A stretch of 63,107 nt of DNA, the filler included, from Craspedostauros australis (taxonomy: Eukaryota): assembly GCA_030167865.1 (NCBI GenBank). It is 9 parts of 9 records of this genome, joined end to end, with 100 filler letters (N's around TTAATTAATTAA, not from the genome) between each part and the next. Parts side by side here need not be neighbours in the genome. Positions count along the whole stretch, not along the records: positions 17,334 to 48,636 come from JALAGF010002195.1; positions 48,737 to 55,974 come from JALAGF010002196.1; positions 56,075 to 61,603 come from JALAGF010002197.1; 6 more parts are not named here. One strand, given 5' to 3'. The notes under the pieces were generated by a model. That model ran no database searches, had not been told where the DNA came from, and saw nothing but the letters and a program-made list of their open reading frames with translations. This document shows positions 46,753 through 59,791 of this stretch, piece by piece (the stretch's first letter is position 1; the number at the start of each line of letters is the position of its first letter). The position numbers and the translations under genes were made by a program.

Positions 46753-48636
46753 TTAGTAGGATCGTCCCCACAGCACCCAGCAGGTCGCAAGCTCTCCACT
46801 GGCGATGCACTTGGTGCCCGCTGGAAGCTCTGGCTGGTCGAATGGGATGCACAGGGTCTTGCCTGCCACGGATGTCGCTGTGCGTTCGTCTTCTCCCTCC
46901 TGGCCGAGGCTCTTCAACGACTCCTCGCGGCTGGTCTTCTTCACCCACTCCTCCCATTCCTGGTTCTCTCCGCCGATCCACGGGGTGAGGATGAGGTTGT
47001 GCTTCTCGAGGTTGGGCACGAAGTCCTTCCACTCGGTCACCTTGACGACGTGAGCGTCGCGGACCTCCTTGGCCTTGGTGAACATGGCATCATGGATCTC
47101 ATTCAGCTTGGTCACCAGGGCATCGCCCAATCCATCCACCGGCATGTCGATCTTGTCGCGGTTGTACCGGATGACGCAACGGCACGTGCCGCCCTCGATA
47201 TCACGTGGTCCGACCTCGATGCGGATCGGGACACCCTTCTGCTCCCAGTGGGCATACTTCCAACCTGGCTTGTAGATGCTGCGATCGTCGAACTTGACGC
47301 GGATGCCTTTCGACTTGAGATCCTTGAGGATGCTCTCGCAGTACGGAGCGGCGTCCTCCAACGTCAGCTTCTTGCTGACGATTGGCACGATGACCGCCTG
47401 TAATGGCGACACGCGTGGTGGCATCACCAGACCAGTGTCATCTCCGTGCACCATGATCATGACGCCGATCGTTCGCGTGGTGATTCCCCACGATGTCTGC
47501 CAGACCACGTCGGACTCGCCCTTCTCGTTCTGGTAGGTGATGTCGAACATCTTTCCGAAGTTCTGGCCCAGATGGTGCGATGTGGCACCCTGGATGGCGC
47601 GTCCCGATGTGGGGATGTACGCCTCGACGGTGGTGGTCGATTGACCGCCGGCGAACTTTTCCTTCTCGGTCTTGTGTCCCGGGATGACAGGGACGCAGAG
47701 CAGATCCTGGTACACACGCTTGTACAAGTCCAGCGCCTTCATCACCATGTCGTTGGCCTCCTCGGAGGTGGCATGGGCTGTGTGGCCCTCCTGCCACAGG
47801 AATTCGCGAGTTCTGAGGAATGGGGTTGGATCCTTGAACTCCCATCGCACCACGTTGCTCCATTGGTTGAGCTTCAACGGAAGGTCTCTGTGCGATCGGA
47901 TCCAATCGGAGTATGCTGGGTACATGATGGTCTCGGATGTTGGACGGATGGCAATTTGCTTGGCAAGGTCCGTGTCTCCGCTCTTTGTCACCCATGCGAC
48001 CTCTGGGGAGAATCCTGCGACATGATCCTTCTCCTTCTCCAAACGATCTTGCGATACGAACAGCGGGAAGTACGCATTCTCGACACCGAGTTCTTCGATC
48101 TGCGCGTCAACATATATGAATGCAAGTGTGTTGTGCGGCATCGTTTGGTGAGCATTATTTGCGTGCCATTCATTCATTCATTCGTTCAATCAATCAATCC
48201 GTTTCATTCGTATCCGTTGTTGATTTGAAGAGTTCGTTCATGAGGAATGGAGAGAGACAGAGAGAGCGAAAGAGTGGGTGCATTTGGAAGAGTAGCGGAC
48301 CTATGAGCAAGCGATTGGAGTTCACACCAACACTATTCCGCATGACGCGACTCTCATCCAACGAACGCTCCGCAAAGTCGCATCAAGTGACTTCGACAGG
48401 CACCACCCAGCAAACGAACGTACCTCCTTGTTGAACCAAGCTTGGATGAGCTCCCAGATCTTGAAGGACCATGGACGCAGGATGTAGCACCCGCTGATGT
48501 CGTAGTAGGAGATCATCTCACTGAGGACGATGACATCGGAGTACCATTCTGGGAAGTTCTCCTCCTTCTTCCACTGCAGCTTCAGCAGCGTCTGCCCCTT
48601 CTTCGAGGCCTTCTTTGGGTTTGCCATTCTTCTTCT
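46753..48636 (-). CDS. PARS: Prolyl-tRNA synthetase, eukaryotic/archaeal type; exons 48636(5' at gap)-48424, 48099-46753
   Basis: NFPEWYSDV...[62 protein letters not shown]-terminal WGRSY; GTACGT..CAG intron. Confidence 0.96.
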
Positions 48637-48736
48637 NNNNNNNNNNNNNNNNNNNNNNNNNNNNNNNNNNNNNNNNNNNNTTAATTAATTAANNNNNNNN
48701 NNNNNNNNNNNNNNNNNNNNNNNNNNNNNNNNNNNN

Positions 48737-49315
48737 GTCGTACGGGATGGCGAGTCCACCCACGCCGATTCCAACGATGAATCGGATGACGAAGAACCAG
48801 CGGACATCGTCAACCATGCCGGTGAGGACGCCGCAGACTGCGTTGATGGCGGCGGTCATCACGAAGACTGGTTTGCGTCCGATGCAATCCGCCAGATGCC
48901 CCATGAAGAGTGCTCCGATTAAGGCGCCAGCAAAGGAGATGGAGAACACGGTGTCCATCTCGCGCTCCGTGAGGTCCCACTCAGCTTCAAGCACAACGTT
49001 GAGGAATGAGACCAAGAAAACCTGCAGGCTGTTCGAAACGAAGCACATGCCGGTGCAGAGCATCACCTCGGATTGGACGCGTCCCATACCAATCATTTCA
49101 ATAGCGTCATCGACGTCGATCTCGAGAACGTCGCTTCCATTGCTTCCATTGCTGACGTTGCTACCGTTGGGATAATCGACATGCTTCGACTCGTCACTTG
49201 CTGACGGCTGGCGCTGAGAGCCTTGATCCATGTCATTGCGAGAGGCAACTCCGGACCCGTACCTGGCCTGAGGCGAATCGGACTCCAGGAGACGTGCGTT
49301 TTCAGATGCAGTCAT
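48737..49315 (-). CDS. MFS transporter, SV2/SVOP-like (3' half lost in gap)
   Basis: DVDDAIEMIGMGR, GHLADCIGRKP (MFS motif A), IRFIVGIGVGG. Confidence 0.88.
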
Positions 49316-51618
49316 TGTATCTGCGTGTGCCGTGGCTGGAGCGCTGCCACCGATGTTTCAGTTGATAGTATTGATCAAAACGAGTCGAGTCGAGTCGAGT
49401 CGAGGACTCGTATTCGATTATAATGCTTGGATGAGAGTCGTACGCGTACGCGTATGACTGAGAGTGATTGTGTTTGCGGTAGGAAACGAAGTTGTGGTGT
49501 CGCGAAATCTCGGGTTCTGCGTTACGTCGAAAACAGGCAAGGCGTTTTGCTGCGACGCCGAATCCCTTGTGACCGTGGATTGCGCAAGTTCGCATGTTGG
49601 GCGTACTCCACAATCGAATACGGAGGCAAGGCGGATACTCACAAAAGAACTTCATCGCTCAGGGGCCGACTTGCGAGGATTGGAGTGTGTTCGCGCTGCC
49701 GCCACCAACCAAGGCCAACACCGGAGCACGTGGCAACCGCTTGCGGCTGATGGTGGTTGCTGGGATACTTGCGATGGTCACGTTTTTTGTCCGTCTCCTG
49801 ACGTGAACAAGAAGGCGGTCAACTCGTACAGAGAGCCAGTTCGCAGGTCCGCTCAGTCCAACATTGAAGGGTTCTCTCCGCAACAAGGCACGGCGGAAAT
49901 TCGCTGAAAGTGTGTCTGGAGAATGGACAAACGCCCTCCGACACACCAATCCCGTCTTCGAGGTGCTTTCCGACTCGTACGAGTCAACAGCAGCCTCGGC
50001 TCCCATGTCTGAGAAGGTGTATTTAGCGTTCCGATTTGACGAGAGCGAAATTTGAACGTGATTGCTAACGTCTAATAACGGTTAAAACGAAAGAAAATGT
50101 GTTCGAACAGGTCAAGCGATGACGTCTCTGAAACGCCAAATTCTGTCCGCAACCCGTCAACAGATCCTCTTTCCCGATCGTGTCTGCGCACATTATGTTG
50201 TTTGCGTCGAAAAACTAATCAATGCAATGTGATCATCACGAAGCAGCGTTCATATTCGACCAAGAGGACCGTAAAACTACAAAGGTCCATAAAAATTAAA
50301 AGAAGTAATGAAAGCAAAATCGGGCTCCACACGGCATGTATATTTTGATCTAGTTTATGAATATGTGGGTGGTTTGGTCGAAAGCCCCGTGTGTTGCTGG
50401 CACGTCAGGACCGACTGCAGGTCCCGTCACTCAAGTGGGTCATAGTGGAGCGACTGTTTGTGGACCCAAGACGAAGTCTTGCAGCAACCCGTTGTTGTTG
50501 AACCGGCATTGATGTAAGATTGACAGTTCTCGTGAATAAGTCGGACCAACGGAGAATTGCTACAAGACGGCGCACTGCGAGAGCTTTGGAAGGACAGACG
50601 AACTGGCCAAAGAATATCTCTCTCCCCGCGACTCGCTGGTTTTGGGACTGGAAAGGCACATTGAGACATGTGCCCTCCTCCACCTGAGCATTCCGTGCGT
50701 TGTGGTCTTGGTTTTTGTTATTGCCCAGGTCGGTGGCTGGAACGACTCTGCCGCTCGTGCACACTTTGCTTGTTGCACTTTGCCTGTTGCGCTTCGTCGT
50801 GCTTCTTTCCTGTTGCATTGTTTTGCTGGAACCTCTTCCTCACCGAATCCTCCACGCAGGCTCAGTTTCAGTGGAACTCCGCAGCGGCAAAGCTGTGTTG
50901 CCAATGCGAACCCAAAAGCGGTGGCGAATGTGACACATGACCCAAATGTGTCAGCAAATTCCTCACCACGAACATGCACCACACACGCATCACACCGCCT
51001 CCCAGCCTTCTCTCTCGTGCGCATCTCATCCGAGCAACATCATCGAACCACTGGATGAAGCATGTTCGAAGACATCCATCAAGCTGAAGCATTTTGCGCT
51101 GCTAAGACAGCAAGCGAGGCAGCATCCAGGTTCGAAGCAACGGGTACAACGGTGGAGTTGAGTTGAGTAATTTTGCATGATCGTGGCATGGGCCAAAACC
51201 AAATGGATTTTGCGGTCACTTGACGCGACGTGGATAACTGTTGCATAACCAACAACGAGCTAGTCACCGACCCTCGATGGGAAGGATCGTTGCCTGTGCG
51301 TCTCGGGGTCTCTTTTGTGCATCATCTTCCAACCAGAGGTACCATGACGTTCACTACGATGGGGATTGTTGTTGGACGATGGGAAGCATGATGGCGGCAG
51401 GCATCCCTCCGCGGCTAGTTTCCGATCTTGCCGAGAGCGCACAAGTAGGATTACTGGAGTCAAACCCGTGCAACATTATTCCTTTATTCTGCGCAGTCGA
51501 ACAGAGTAGAGTGGCTCGTAGATTGGTATGATATGGTATGCTGTCATTATATAGTAGGTGTCGTACGACTACTCTCTCTGGAGAGCAAGAGGGAGACAGC
51601 ATTGCTCGACCAGTCTCC

Positions 51619-53085
51619 TCACCCAGCGAATCCACAGCACCGTTGCCACTGATCAACCTGAATCTTCACAGCATCTATCATCGGACGTGCAGGTGCACAC
51701 AACAACTTCAAGCGGGTAATCTCGTCCTCTTTTGTGCCTTTGACGGAAGGGCTTTCCGCATACGGATCCTCTCCAAGGTAGACGTACGAGTGATTCACGC
51801 CGGACAGTGCTGCCAGCGTACCGAAGTATTCGTTCCAGTCGTAGGAAAACGGAAACACCTCTATCACTGAGCTGCAACGAGGCATGAATAGGATTGACGT
51901 CAGTTGCGCACCATGCGGCGACAACAGAATATCGATGTTGGAGAACACCTCTATCTGTTCTCGAAATGTCATGTTGTCGAGAAACACGACCGGCGGTCTG
52001 TATGGAAGGCATAGTTCATCCTGCAACATCATGGAGACATTGTGTGCCCCCTTCAACCGCCTGCTACCCATGCGATTGATGATTGCGATGCGCGGCGTGC
52101 GAAGTTGATGGGTACTTGAGCTGTCGCTTCTCTCTGAATCATCATTGTGTGTAGATCCTGGAAGGGACGCGTTGTGCCCATCGGATGATGAAGGCACTCC
52201 GCATGACCTTGGTTTGTTTTCATCCATGCCCAGCACCGACAAGAAACTTCGCCGCAGATTTTGCAGATCATCGTTGTTGACCACTCGAAAGCCACTTGAT
52301 AGAGTCATGTTTGCATACGCAATGATGACAGGGCTGTCTACACCCGCGGCATTTTCCAGATGTGCACGCTTACTGGATATGATGTGAATTCTGTGTGCAC
52401 GCAACAGATCCAAGATCCCCGCATTGTACACGGACACAGTGGCGTGCTTTCTGTATCCTCCGCCAACAGCCAAGACGTGCCGAGCGTCCGGGAAGTGCAG
52501 CCACAACGACCAGCATGCTGTGAGAGTTTGCATTAAATGTGGGAAGTGCCAATCGTAGCTCGCGCCACCTACGGCGCATGCAACAGTCTCGATTCGTGTG
52601 TGGGGAGTTTGTCCATTCGTCGTACTTGGAAGGTTTGTCGGATTGGCTTCATTTGTGATGCCGCCAACTTGATCCCATGCTTCAGCAAGATTGCCGTTCT
52701 GGACGCGTATGGTTTCGTCTAAACTGTATGATGTGGGATAGTGAGATATGTTGAAGACGTGCGGCATTGAAGTGTCGAGGATGTCGCACTCATCGGGTTC
52801 AAAGGGATCAGCTGGCCACCGCAGCATGGAGGCAGGAAAGCCTGTGATGTTGTTGATCCATCGGTATGGAAGTAAATCATCTCCAGTTGCCTTGGTGGGA
52901 AAGTCGACAGCATCTCTCTCCAGATCATCGAGAAATTGAAAAGATACCACTGTAAGTGAAGAGAAGTTCCAATTCGTCAATGCGATTATGATGCCGATGG
53001 TGAACGCGAAAACTCGCTTGTTGTTCACGATGCGAGATGCTGAAGCTTTCGTTGCCGGAGGTGTGGTAGTCGTTGACTTGGCCAT
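51619..53085 (-). CDS. Glycosyltransferase family 61 (DUF563), type II membrane protein
   Basis: N-terminal TM (VFAFTIGIIIAL); WHFPH; RIAIINR..SRRL; TFREQIEVFSNIDILLSPHGAQLTSILFMP...IEVFP. Confidence 0.9.
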   Translation of the reverse strand: MAKSTTTTPPATKASASRIVNNKRVFAFTIGIIIALTNWNFSSLTVVSFQFLDDLERDAVDFPTKATGDDLLPYRWINNITGFPASMLRWPADPFEPDECDILDTSMPHVFNISHYPTSYSLDETIRVQNGNLAEAWDQVGGITNEANPTNLPSTTNGQTPHTRIETVACAVGGASYDWHFPHLMQTLTACWSLWLHFPDARHVLAVGGGYRKHATVSVYNAGILDLLRAHRIHIISSKRAHLENAAGVDSPVIIAYANMTLSSGFRVVNNDDLQNLRRSFLSVLGMDENKPRSCGVPSSSDGHNASLPGSTHNDDSERSDSSSTHQLRTPRIAIINRMGSRRLKGAHNVSMMLQDELCLPYRPPVVFLDNMTFREQIEVFSNIDILLSPHGAQLTSILFMPRCSSVIEVFPFSYDWNEYFGTLAALSGVNHSYVYLGEDPYAESPSVKGTKEDEITRLKLLCAPARPMIDAVKIQVDQWQRCCGFAG

Positions 53086-55185
53086 GGTGTTGAGAAGGTG
53101 TTTGAGTTGTGGCTGTGGACTTTTTTGGCTCGAGGTCGTACACCAGCAACAGCCACTGCGCGTACTCTCTCTGGAGTATGCCAGGTGCGTGATGTGAAGT
53201 GGTGGAGTGTCGCGAGGCTCTGCACTGATAACGCTGCGTGTGAGTGACTCGTCGTTGCTTGCTGAGAATTATGAGAACATGTACATGGGTTCGAGGTGTC
53301 CGAAACTTGCCACTTGACTGTGGCTCGCTCAGGAGTCATTTGCATTCTCGTCCCCGTTCAATCCAACTTCGCCGAATGGGTGTTTTGGACGACACACAAC
53401 TTGTGTCTCGTGCCCAATTCCCGGTTTTTTGGCACTTTTTGGTAATTAATGGTAATTTTTGGTGACGATTGGTGTGCAGATTTAGCGCCAATTCCTGAAT
53501 CTGGTCAACTCTTGACGAGACATGTCGATGGACAGACGGTGCAGCACAAACAACGAGTAGGATCCACATCGAGCAAATGACCGCCCTGTACGGTCATAAT
53601 TCTAGTCATAACAGACAAGGTTCCACCCGGCCACATGAGAAACCCACACAATTGCCCTATCGCCGACGGCACAAGCTGCCTTTCGATGAGTTGATGGCCG
53701 TTGCTCAACATCTTCACATCATGAGAAAGAGGAGAGTGAGATCTCTCTGTTGATGTGTTCATTGTTGGCAAACGGTCTCTGCTTGCTGTTCATCTTGATG
53801 CCTCTGTTGACCCGTTTTCGACCTTTTCCATACGGACGACGTACGGACACGAATCCGAATTTTTCGTTGGTATCCGTGTAGAGTCTACGGCATTCTGGTA
53901 CAGGAATTTGTTGCTTCTTCGTCCCATCTCGACCGACAACCTTCCAAAGACCCGCATCCAATTCTGTTTCGTCTATTGCTCAAGTGAATGGCATGGCTGT
54001 ATTCGCCACTTCATTCTGCTTCGGGTGGTGTGCTGGTCAGCGATCCAGGATGCCTCTGTGTGTTGCTTTGGGTGTTTGAAGTTAGTCACTAATGCTTGTG
54101 ACAGCCTTGATCATCGATCCGTGAACGCACAAAACTTGGCGCCAAAAATTATCGTGCGTTTTTACGTGTTGTAGATTCCGACTGAACTCCTCACCGGGGT
54201 CTGGCTACTTGATGCGAGGTTGTGCATCGCCCCGACGTCAGATCATTGTGCCATTGCTTTCAATAGACGTAGAATCCTCTCCTTTACCTGCCCATGCAGT
54301 CTTGGTCATAGTCCTTCACTTCCTCCAAAGATATACCAACTGCAAGCTGTTTTCGTCGCTTTACTGCATACTATCCTTGCGAGGAAACACCGCTTTATGA
54401 TCACATGCCACAAGTGTTTTCATTGACACCGGTTGCTACACCCTCGCCAATACTAGCCATTTGTTTCACGCTCATGTCAGGGGTGAAGTTGTTGATGCAG
54501 TCGCTGTTCGTGCTCCATCAAAACGCTTTCCAACCGTTCTGTGGAGGAAGCATGATGTTCTCTACTGGTCTTGAGCGCAGCTAAGGACAATCGAGCACTG
54601 GCCTCTACATTGCTCACGCGATAGATGCTAAAATGCGCTCACACCGCGTGGAAATTATGCGTGGCACGGTTGCACATGCTCAGCAATGTGGAAGATCCAA
54701 TGAAGAGAGGTGAGAGCATGGCGAGGTTGAACTCCTCAGTGTGAAACAGTCTACTCTCCTCTATTCTGGACTGCTCTTGTGTGCTAATGCTAACCAAGGG
54801 ATCAAATAAAGAAATAGTGCATGGATTAGATTACCTCAGTGGCATCTGCGTCATCGGCCCTGTTCTCCGCCTCTTTTCAACTTAGACAAGTTAAGCTTCC
54901 CTGGGATATTGTTGCACTTGATGCTTGTACCGTAACCATTGGCTCAGTGTGCCATAGGCAGCTGGCTGATTTAGCAGTCTCGCTGCTTGCTCCAACCAAA
55001 TCGCGACTTACTGTACCGATGCTGCGCTTCCTGGAGTTTGCGGATGACCCGCTCACAGCTGGGGTGGGCTTCCAGCTAGCCAAGGGATCAGTGCTCCCCC
55101 AAGCAGGATGGATGCAACAATATACATGCATCCAAGTTGTTGCCAAGGCGGTTGCTGGCATACGGTATTCTGGAGTAGAACTGAA

Positions 55186-55261
55186 ATGCTATTGTAGAAC
55201 TTATCAACCATATCATCAACTACATGCTATTGTAGAACTTATCAACCATATCATCAACTAC
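55186..55261. repeat. Perfect 38-bp tandem duplication
   Basis: ATGCTATTGTAGAACTTATCAACCATATCATCAACTAC x2. Confidence 0.9.
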
Positions 55262-55593
55262 AATGCTATACGTTGAATGAAGTCATGATGGATGAGATCA
55301 GAATATGAGGAACTGATCATAGCATGTGAGGAACGCATCGGTCGGTACCACATTGTTTTGTGATCATTTCCATCGCGTGTTGACACGCGCTGGAGCACAG
55401 AGAAATTCGCCACGATACATGGCGGCGATTGGCATTCGTGAATGGGAACAACGAGTGCATGCTCCAAAGAAACAAACGGATCTCGACAACTACCCATCCA
55501 ATCACCACCAAAGTTGGAGAGGGTGATGAGATGCCACACATGAGAGTGCTCACGAAAGGGGAGCTCAAACAAACGGAGCGGCATGGACTTGCC

Positions 55594-55974
55594 TGTTGGA
55601 AATCCGGGGTTATAGTTAGTACTAAATTCTAATCTGCTGTTAGAAACTGTACCGTTTTAGAACTGTGAGCACAATCTCACTTTCTCTTCCGATTTCGTTT
55701 TCTTGACAGGCATCTGTCACGGTAATGACACGGGGCATCCTGTTGTCTCTTAGATGCTTCCCTCTTCATTCATCATGCTCTGTTCTTGCTTCCTTGTCTC
55801 TGCATTGCCGTAGCTGTCTACGTTTGCATGGTAGGGATCTGCAGCCTTGAGCACTTGCCTGTCTCATGTTTCCTTCGTTGATCCTCATGGCACCATCGTC
55901 TCATAGCCGATGTCTCCTTTGGTGATGTTCCAAACCTGCGGATGTTCTGATCCTTTCTGATGTTTCCAAACCTG
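55594..55974. mobile_element. Possible LTR fragment running into a gap
   Basis: Starts TGTTGGAAAT (a typical LTR end) with an abrupt shift to AT-rich non-coding sequence; no partner copy visible. Confidence 0.3.
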
Positions 55975-56202
55975 NNNNNNNNNNNNNNNNNNNNNNNNNN
56001 NNNNNNNNNNNNNNNNNNTTAATTAATTAANNNNNNNNNNNNNNNNNNNNNNNNNNNNNNNNNNNNNNNNNNNNGTAGTCCTCCACACTCAACCCAGACA
56101 CTCGCAATGTTGCTCCCATTTGATCCATCGCACGTCGCCGTGCCGACCTTCAGTGCTGTTTTGGGTACACTGTCCGTTAACAGTGTCCGCTAAGTTCGTT
56201 AA

Positions 56203-56421
56203 TTTTGTCCGGTCTGTACATTCTGTTCGGTAGTTTTTGTCCGGTCTGTCCGGTCATTTTGTCCGGTTTGTCCGGTCGTTTTGTCCGGCCTGTCCGGTTT
56301 GTCCGGTCGTTTTGTCCGGTCTGTCCGGTCTGTCCGGTCGTTTTGTCCGGTCTGTCCGTTTTGTCCGGTCATTTTGTCCGGTCTGTCCGGTCTGACCTAG
56401 TTTCTCCGGTTTTGTCCGGTC
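56203..56421. repeat. Tandem array of TGTCCGGTY-based units (about 17 TGTCCG copies)
   Basis: Directly visible 9- and 13-bp units arranged in higher-order blocks. Confidence 0.92.
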
Positions 56422-57153
56422 TCTCTTGATGGGCGTGAACGAACCACAATTGAAGTAAAATAGCGTAACCCTAAGTATGCTGTTTGGGATTTCGGCTGAT
56501 TCGCTTTTCTGTCTCAACGCCGTGTATTAAGTCCCGTTAAAGTAAGTCACGAGCTAGAAAAGTGAAAATCGGACAAAATGTTGGGTGTTCCTGGCGCGAA
56601 AGCAAGACAGCCATCGCCGGTGGCTTATACAAAAACGCATTTTTTAATCTTCTCGCCACTTCAAGCGCTCTATACTTAAATAATCTCCTGAAATTGGCTT
56701 CCACCGCCTTGGAGGCGAATGTGCTTTTCGTTTTGGTCGTGTTCGTTGTGTTCGCATGTGTTCTGGGAGTGTTTGTCATTGTTCCCAAGTTACTTTTCCA
56801 ATACTCTACTCGCGAACGGCTGACCGCGACCAGAGATACAAGCCCGATCTGTGCACTGTGCGGATAGGCAGAACAGCTGCTGCGGAACAACCCAACCACG
56901 CTTCCGTGGACGACACCAGCAGCAACGAAGACAACCAGAACGACAACAACGGCGAGGATAGCGGGCCAAATAAGAACACCACCATACTCCCAACACCGAA
57001 CCACGGAAACCTCACCAGGCACTCTGAGTTCTCTCATCTTGCTGTCATTCAGGACTATCATCCCGATCAGCAAATCACCACACATCACTGTGCACTACCA
57101 CGTATCGCCCACACCCACACCCACTGCAGACTCCCCGCCAATCGAGAGACAGT

Positions 57154-59791
57154 ATGGCGGGCACGGCTGATCCTCAAGCAACAACCCGAACCACGGCAAA
57201 TGAACAAGTCAATGACGCATCTCGCCAAGGCAGCAGCCCACATGCCTCGGCGGCCATCATGAACAACGCCAACATGGCGGCAACGTTCACTGCCGCCAAT
57301 GCTAGCGGCGATGCCAATGCAAGTGCCGACACTGGCATCGGCATCAGCATCAGCACGAATGCCAATGGTCAAAAGGTGATGGTCAATGAGAATTTTCTGT
57401 CGACTGTGCCGCCGGAAGATCTCATGCCAGATTCGATCGATAAGGTGTTGGCGAGCGAGATGAAGGCCCTTTCTCTGCAGCAGCGAGAACAAGTCTACGA
57501 GGACATCCACGGGGTCTCGGTCACAATCGAAGAAACGGAGGAGTTCCTCGACGCCAAGCTGAAAGAGTTCGCTGCGCACATTCGGACCGTGCAACCGAAA
57601 GTTGCGTACGACATGGCATTTCAGCTGGACGATACCTTCGTCACCAACTCCGAATTTTGCATCATGTTCCTGCGCTCCGAGTCCTTCCGCGTCCAGCTGG
57701 CAGCGCAGCGAATGATCCGACACTTCGAGACGAAGCTAGACCTGTGGGGCAAAGACATGCTCGTCAAAGAAATCGATTACGACGATTTGGATCTCCTGAC
57801 CCAGGAGATCGTATACACCGCAAATTGCAACCTTTCTGTACTCGAAAAGCGGGACACGTCAGACCGCGCTGTCATCGTATCCTTGGAGAAGTATCATCGA
57901 GCATTCTTCAGAACGGACAGTCCGAGGATATTCAACGTGAGTTGCTGGTACCATGCTCTGGAAGCATGTTGATGACACCCAGAAACACCCGGGGCAAGAG
58001 CGGAAAATGCACGTCACACTTGCATCTGACTGCCTGCCTGGCTGCCTGTCTGCCTGCATTCAGACAACTGAACTGATTTGCATGTTATCAACACCCTGAA
58101 AAACACACGCATCATCATCGTTATAATCATGAACCGCAGCGGCATTATCACCACTGCTGATCCTGTTGCCTCCGGCTTGTGCCATTCCTCTTGAGTTTCT
58201 CACCTTCAGCTTGTTTGGTTTGGGTCTTTATCTTGCCTTCCTTCCTCCCCTCCTCTCCGTGTTTCCTGCTCTTGCTCTACCAATACCATATCTTCTCCAA
58301 CTCTGTACAACTCACTTCCCAGAATCGCATCCTGTGGTACTTCATTATGGCGGTGATGAGGAATGACGAAACAACACAAAAGAATGGCGTTGTGTACATT
58401 TGTTTCGGCTTGGACTTTGTTCCCAAAATGGATGCAGTGGAAAGAGAGGTTTGGTGGGGCTCTTGCGCTGTACTCAATTCGTTGCCCATGCGTGTTGTCG
58501 GCTTTCACTACTGCTACAATTCGCCCAAGTTGCAACCATTCATCGCCTTGGTGTCAATGGGATTGGGACATGACACAAGATGTCGCGTGAAGGCGCACTA
58601 CGGTACGTATGTGCAAGGCTTGACATATGAAGACCCTTGGAAATCGTTCGAATCTTCTGCAATATATGCCAAATTGCGAAAGATCTCACCCCGTTCGCTT
58701 GTTGCAATACAATCTCGTTCTTCTGTTCCGCAATATTCCATTCTCCATGCCTGCATACGATATGTGTTATATAATACAACCATGACATCTTCGTGTGAAA
58801 TGATATCTTGGCACATCCATCACGGCTCCATTCATTGATCTATCCATCGGTCTATCGGTGCGTGGTATTATCTGCATTGTCAACAACCTACCCAACGATG
58901 CATCATCTGGTGCGTACATGTATCTTGCACATGCTTCTACAACGCGGGATGCACACATTGCATGCATGAACGTGTGGCCGTGCAAACCTTCGCTGACGTG
59001 ATCGTTTGACATGTCTATTGGTATGGATGACGCGGTGCCATCTCGTCTGACCAAGAGCAGGCACAACCCAGGAATGCCTCTACGCACTCATGTCGTTCGG
59101 TATTCCTGTGCAAGAGATCCCAATCACGCATAATGGAGATCGGAAACTAGGTGGGTACGCCTCCAAGTGGCTAGGACGCCGTCAGTTGATCGAGAGGCGA
59201 CCCAATATGTTCAGAGGCGCGATCGAACTGCCAGCTAGAAATGACGTGCTTCTCGGCAAAGGCAAGCCAATCCAGGAACACTGCGGCAATAAGAGACTGC
59301 ACGACATCGTCGCGTTATATTACGACGATTACAACGAGGCTCCGACTCGACTGATGAAGCGTGCAACGTGCGAGAAAGTCCTGCAGGTCATCCACACCAC
59401 CCCGGCAAAGTTCTTGAAACGCGCCAACACAGGATATTGGGCAGAGGTGCCCAACAACGCTGCCTTGGAGAAGATCGGGCATTGCTTCCGTCGCAAACGA
59501 GAAGTCATCAACGCCCAAAGGCGAAACAGAGAGCAATCAGATACGCAGCAGGGAGAACGAGAGGACGGTCAGGCATTGATTTTGCGCGCATTTGGCAGTC
59601 GCAAGGGTACCAACAGTAGCAACAACAACGATGGCGGCGCTTCTGTCGCCGGTTTGGGGAGCAACAAGAGAGGCCGGATGTCACGGCCATCGCCAGGCAT
59701 GCAGAATGCCCATGGCAGCGAGGCCAGTGCTCCAGAGGGGTCCTGCTGCGACGTGTTCTGTTTGCCCAACTTGCCCAAAGAGCCATTTTAA
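57154..59791 (+). CDS. CRAL-TRIO/Sec14-like + DUF6824 protein, paralog 2; exons 57154-57936, 58323-58602, 59061-59791
   Basis: LSLQQREQVYEDIHGV, MFLRSESF..QLAAQRM, RDTSDRAV, TQKNGVV, LPMRVVGFHYC, HYG|TTQECLYALMSFGIP, NDVLLGKGKPIQEHCGN...KFLKR...W...EKIGHCFR; both GT-AG introns are phase-consistent. Confidence 0.88.

Noticed and set aside
49400..51600. Short ORFs here and in 1500-3500, 36800-38500 and 53100-55500
   Set aside because: No recognisable domains or coherent gene models. Many other listed ORFs are antisense shadows of real genes.
55370..55441. hAT-like VDTRWST peptide
   Set aside because: A short closed frame with no other transposase motifs.
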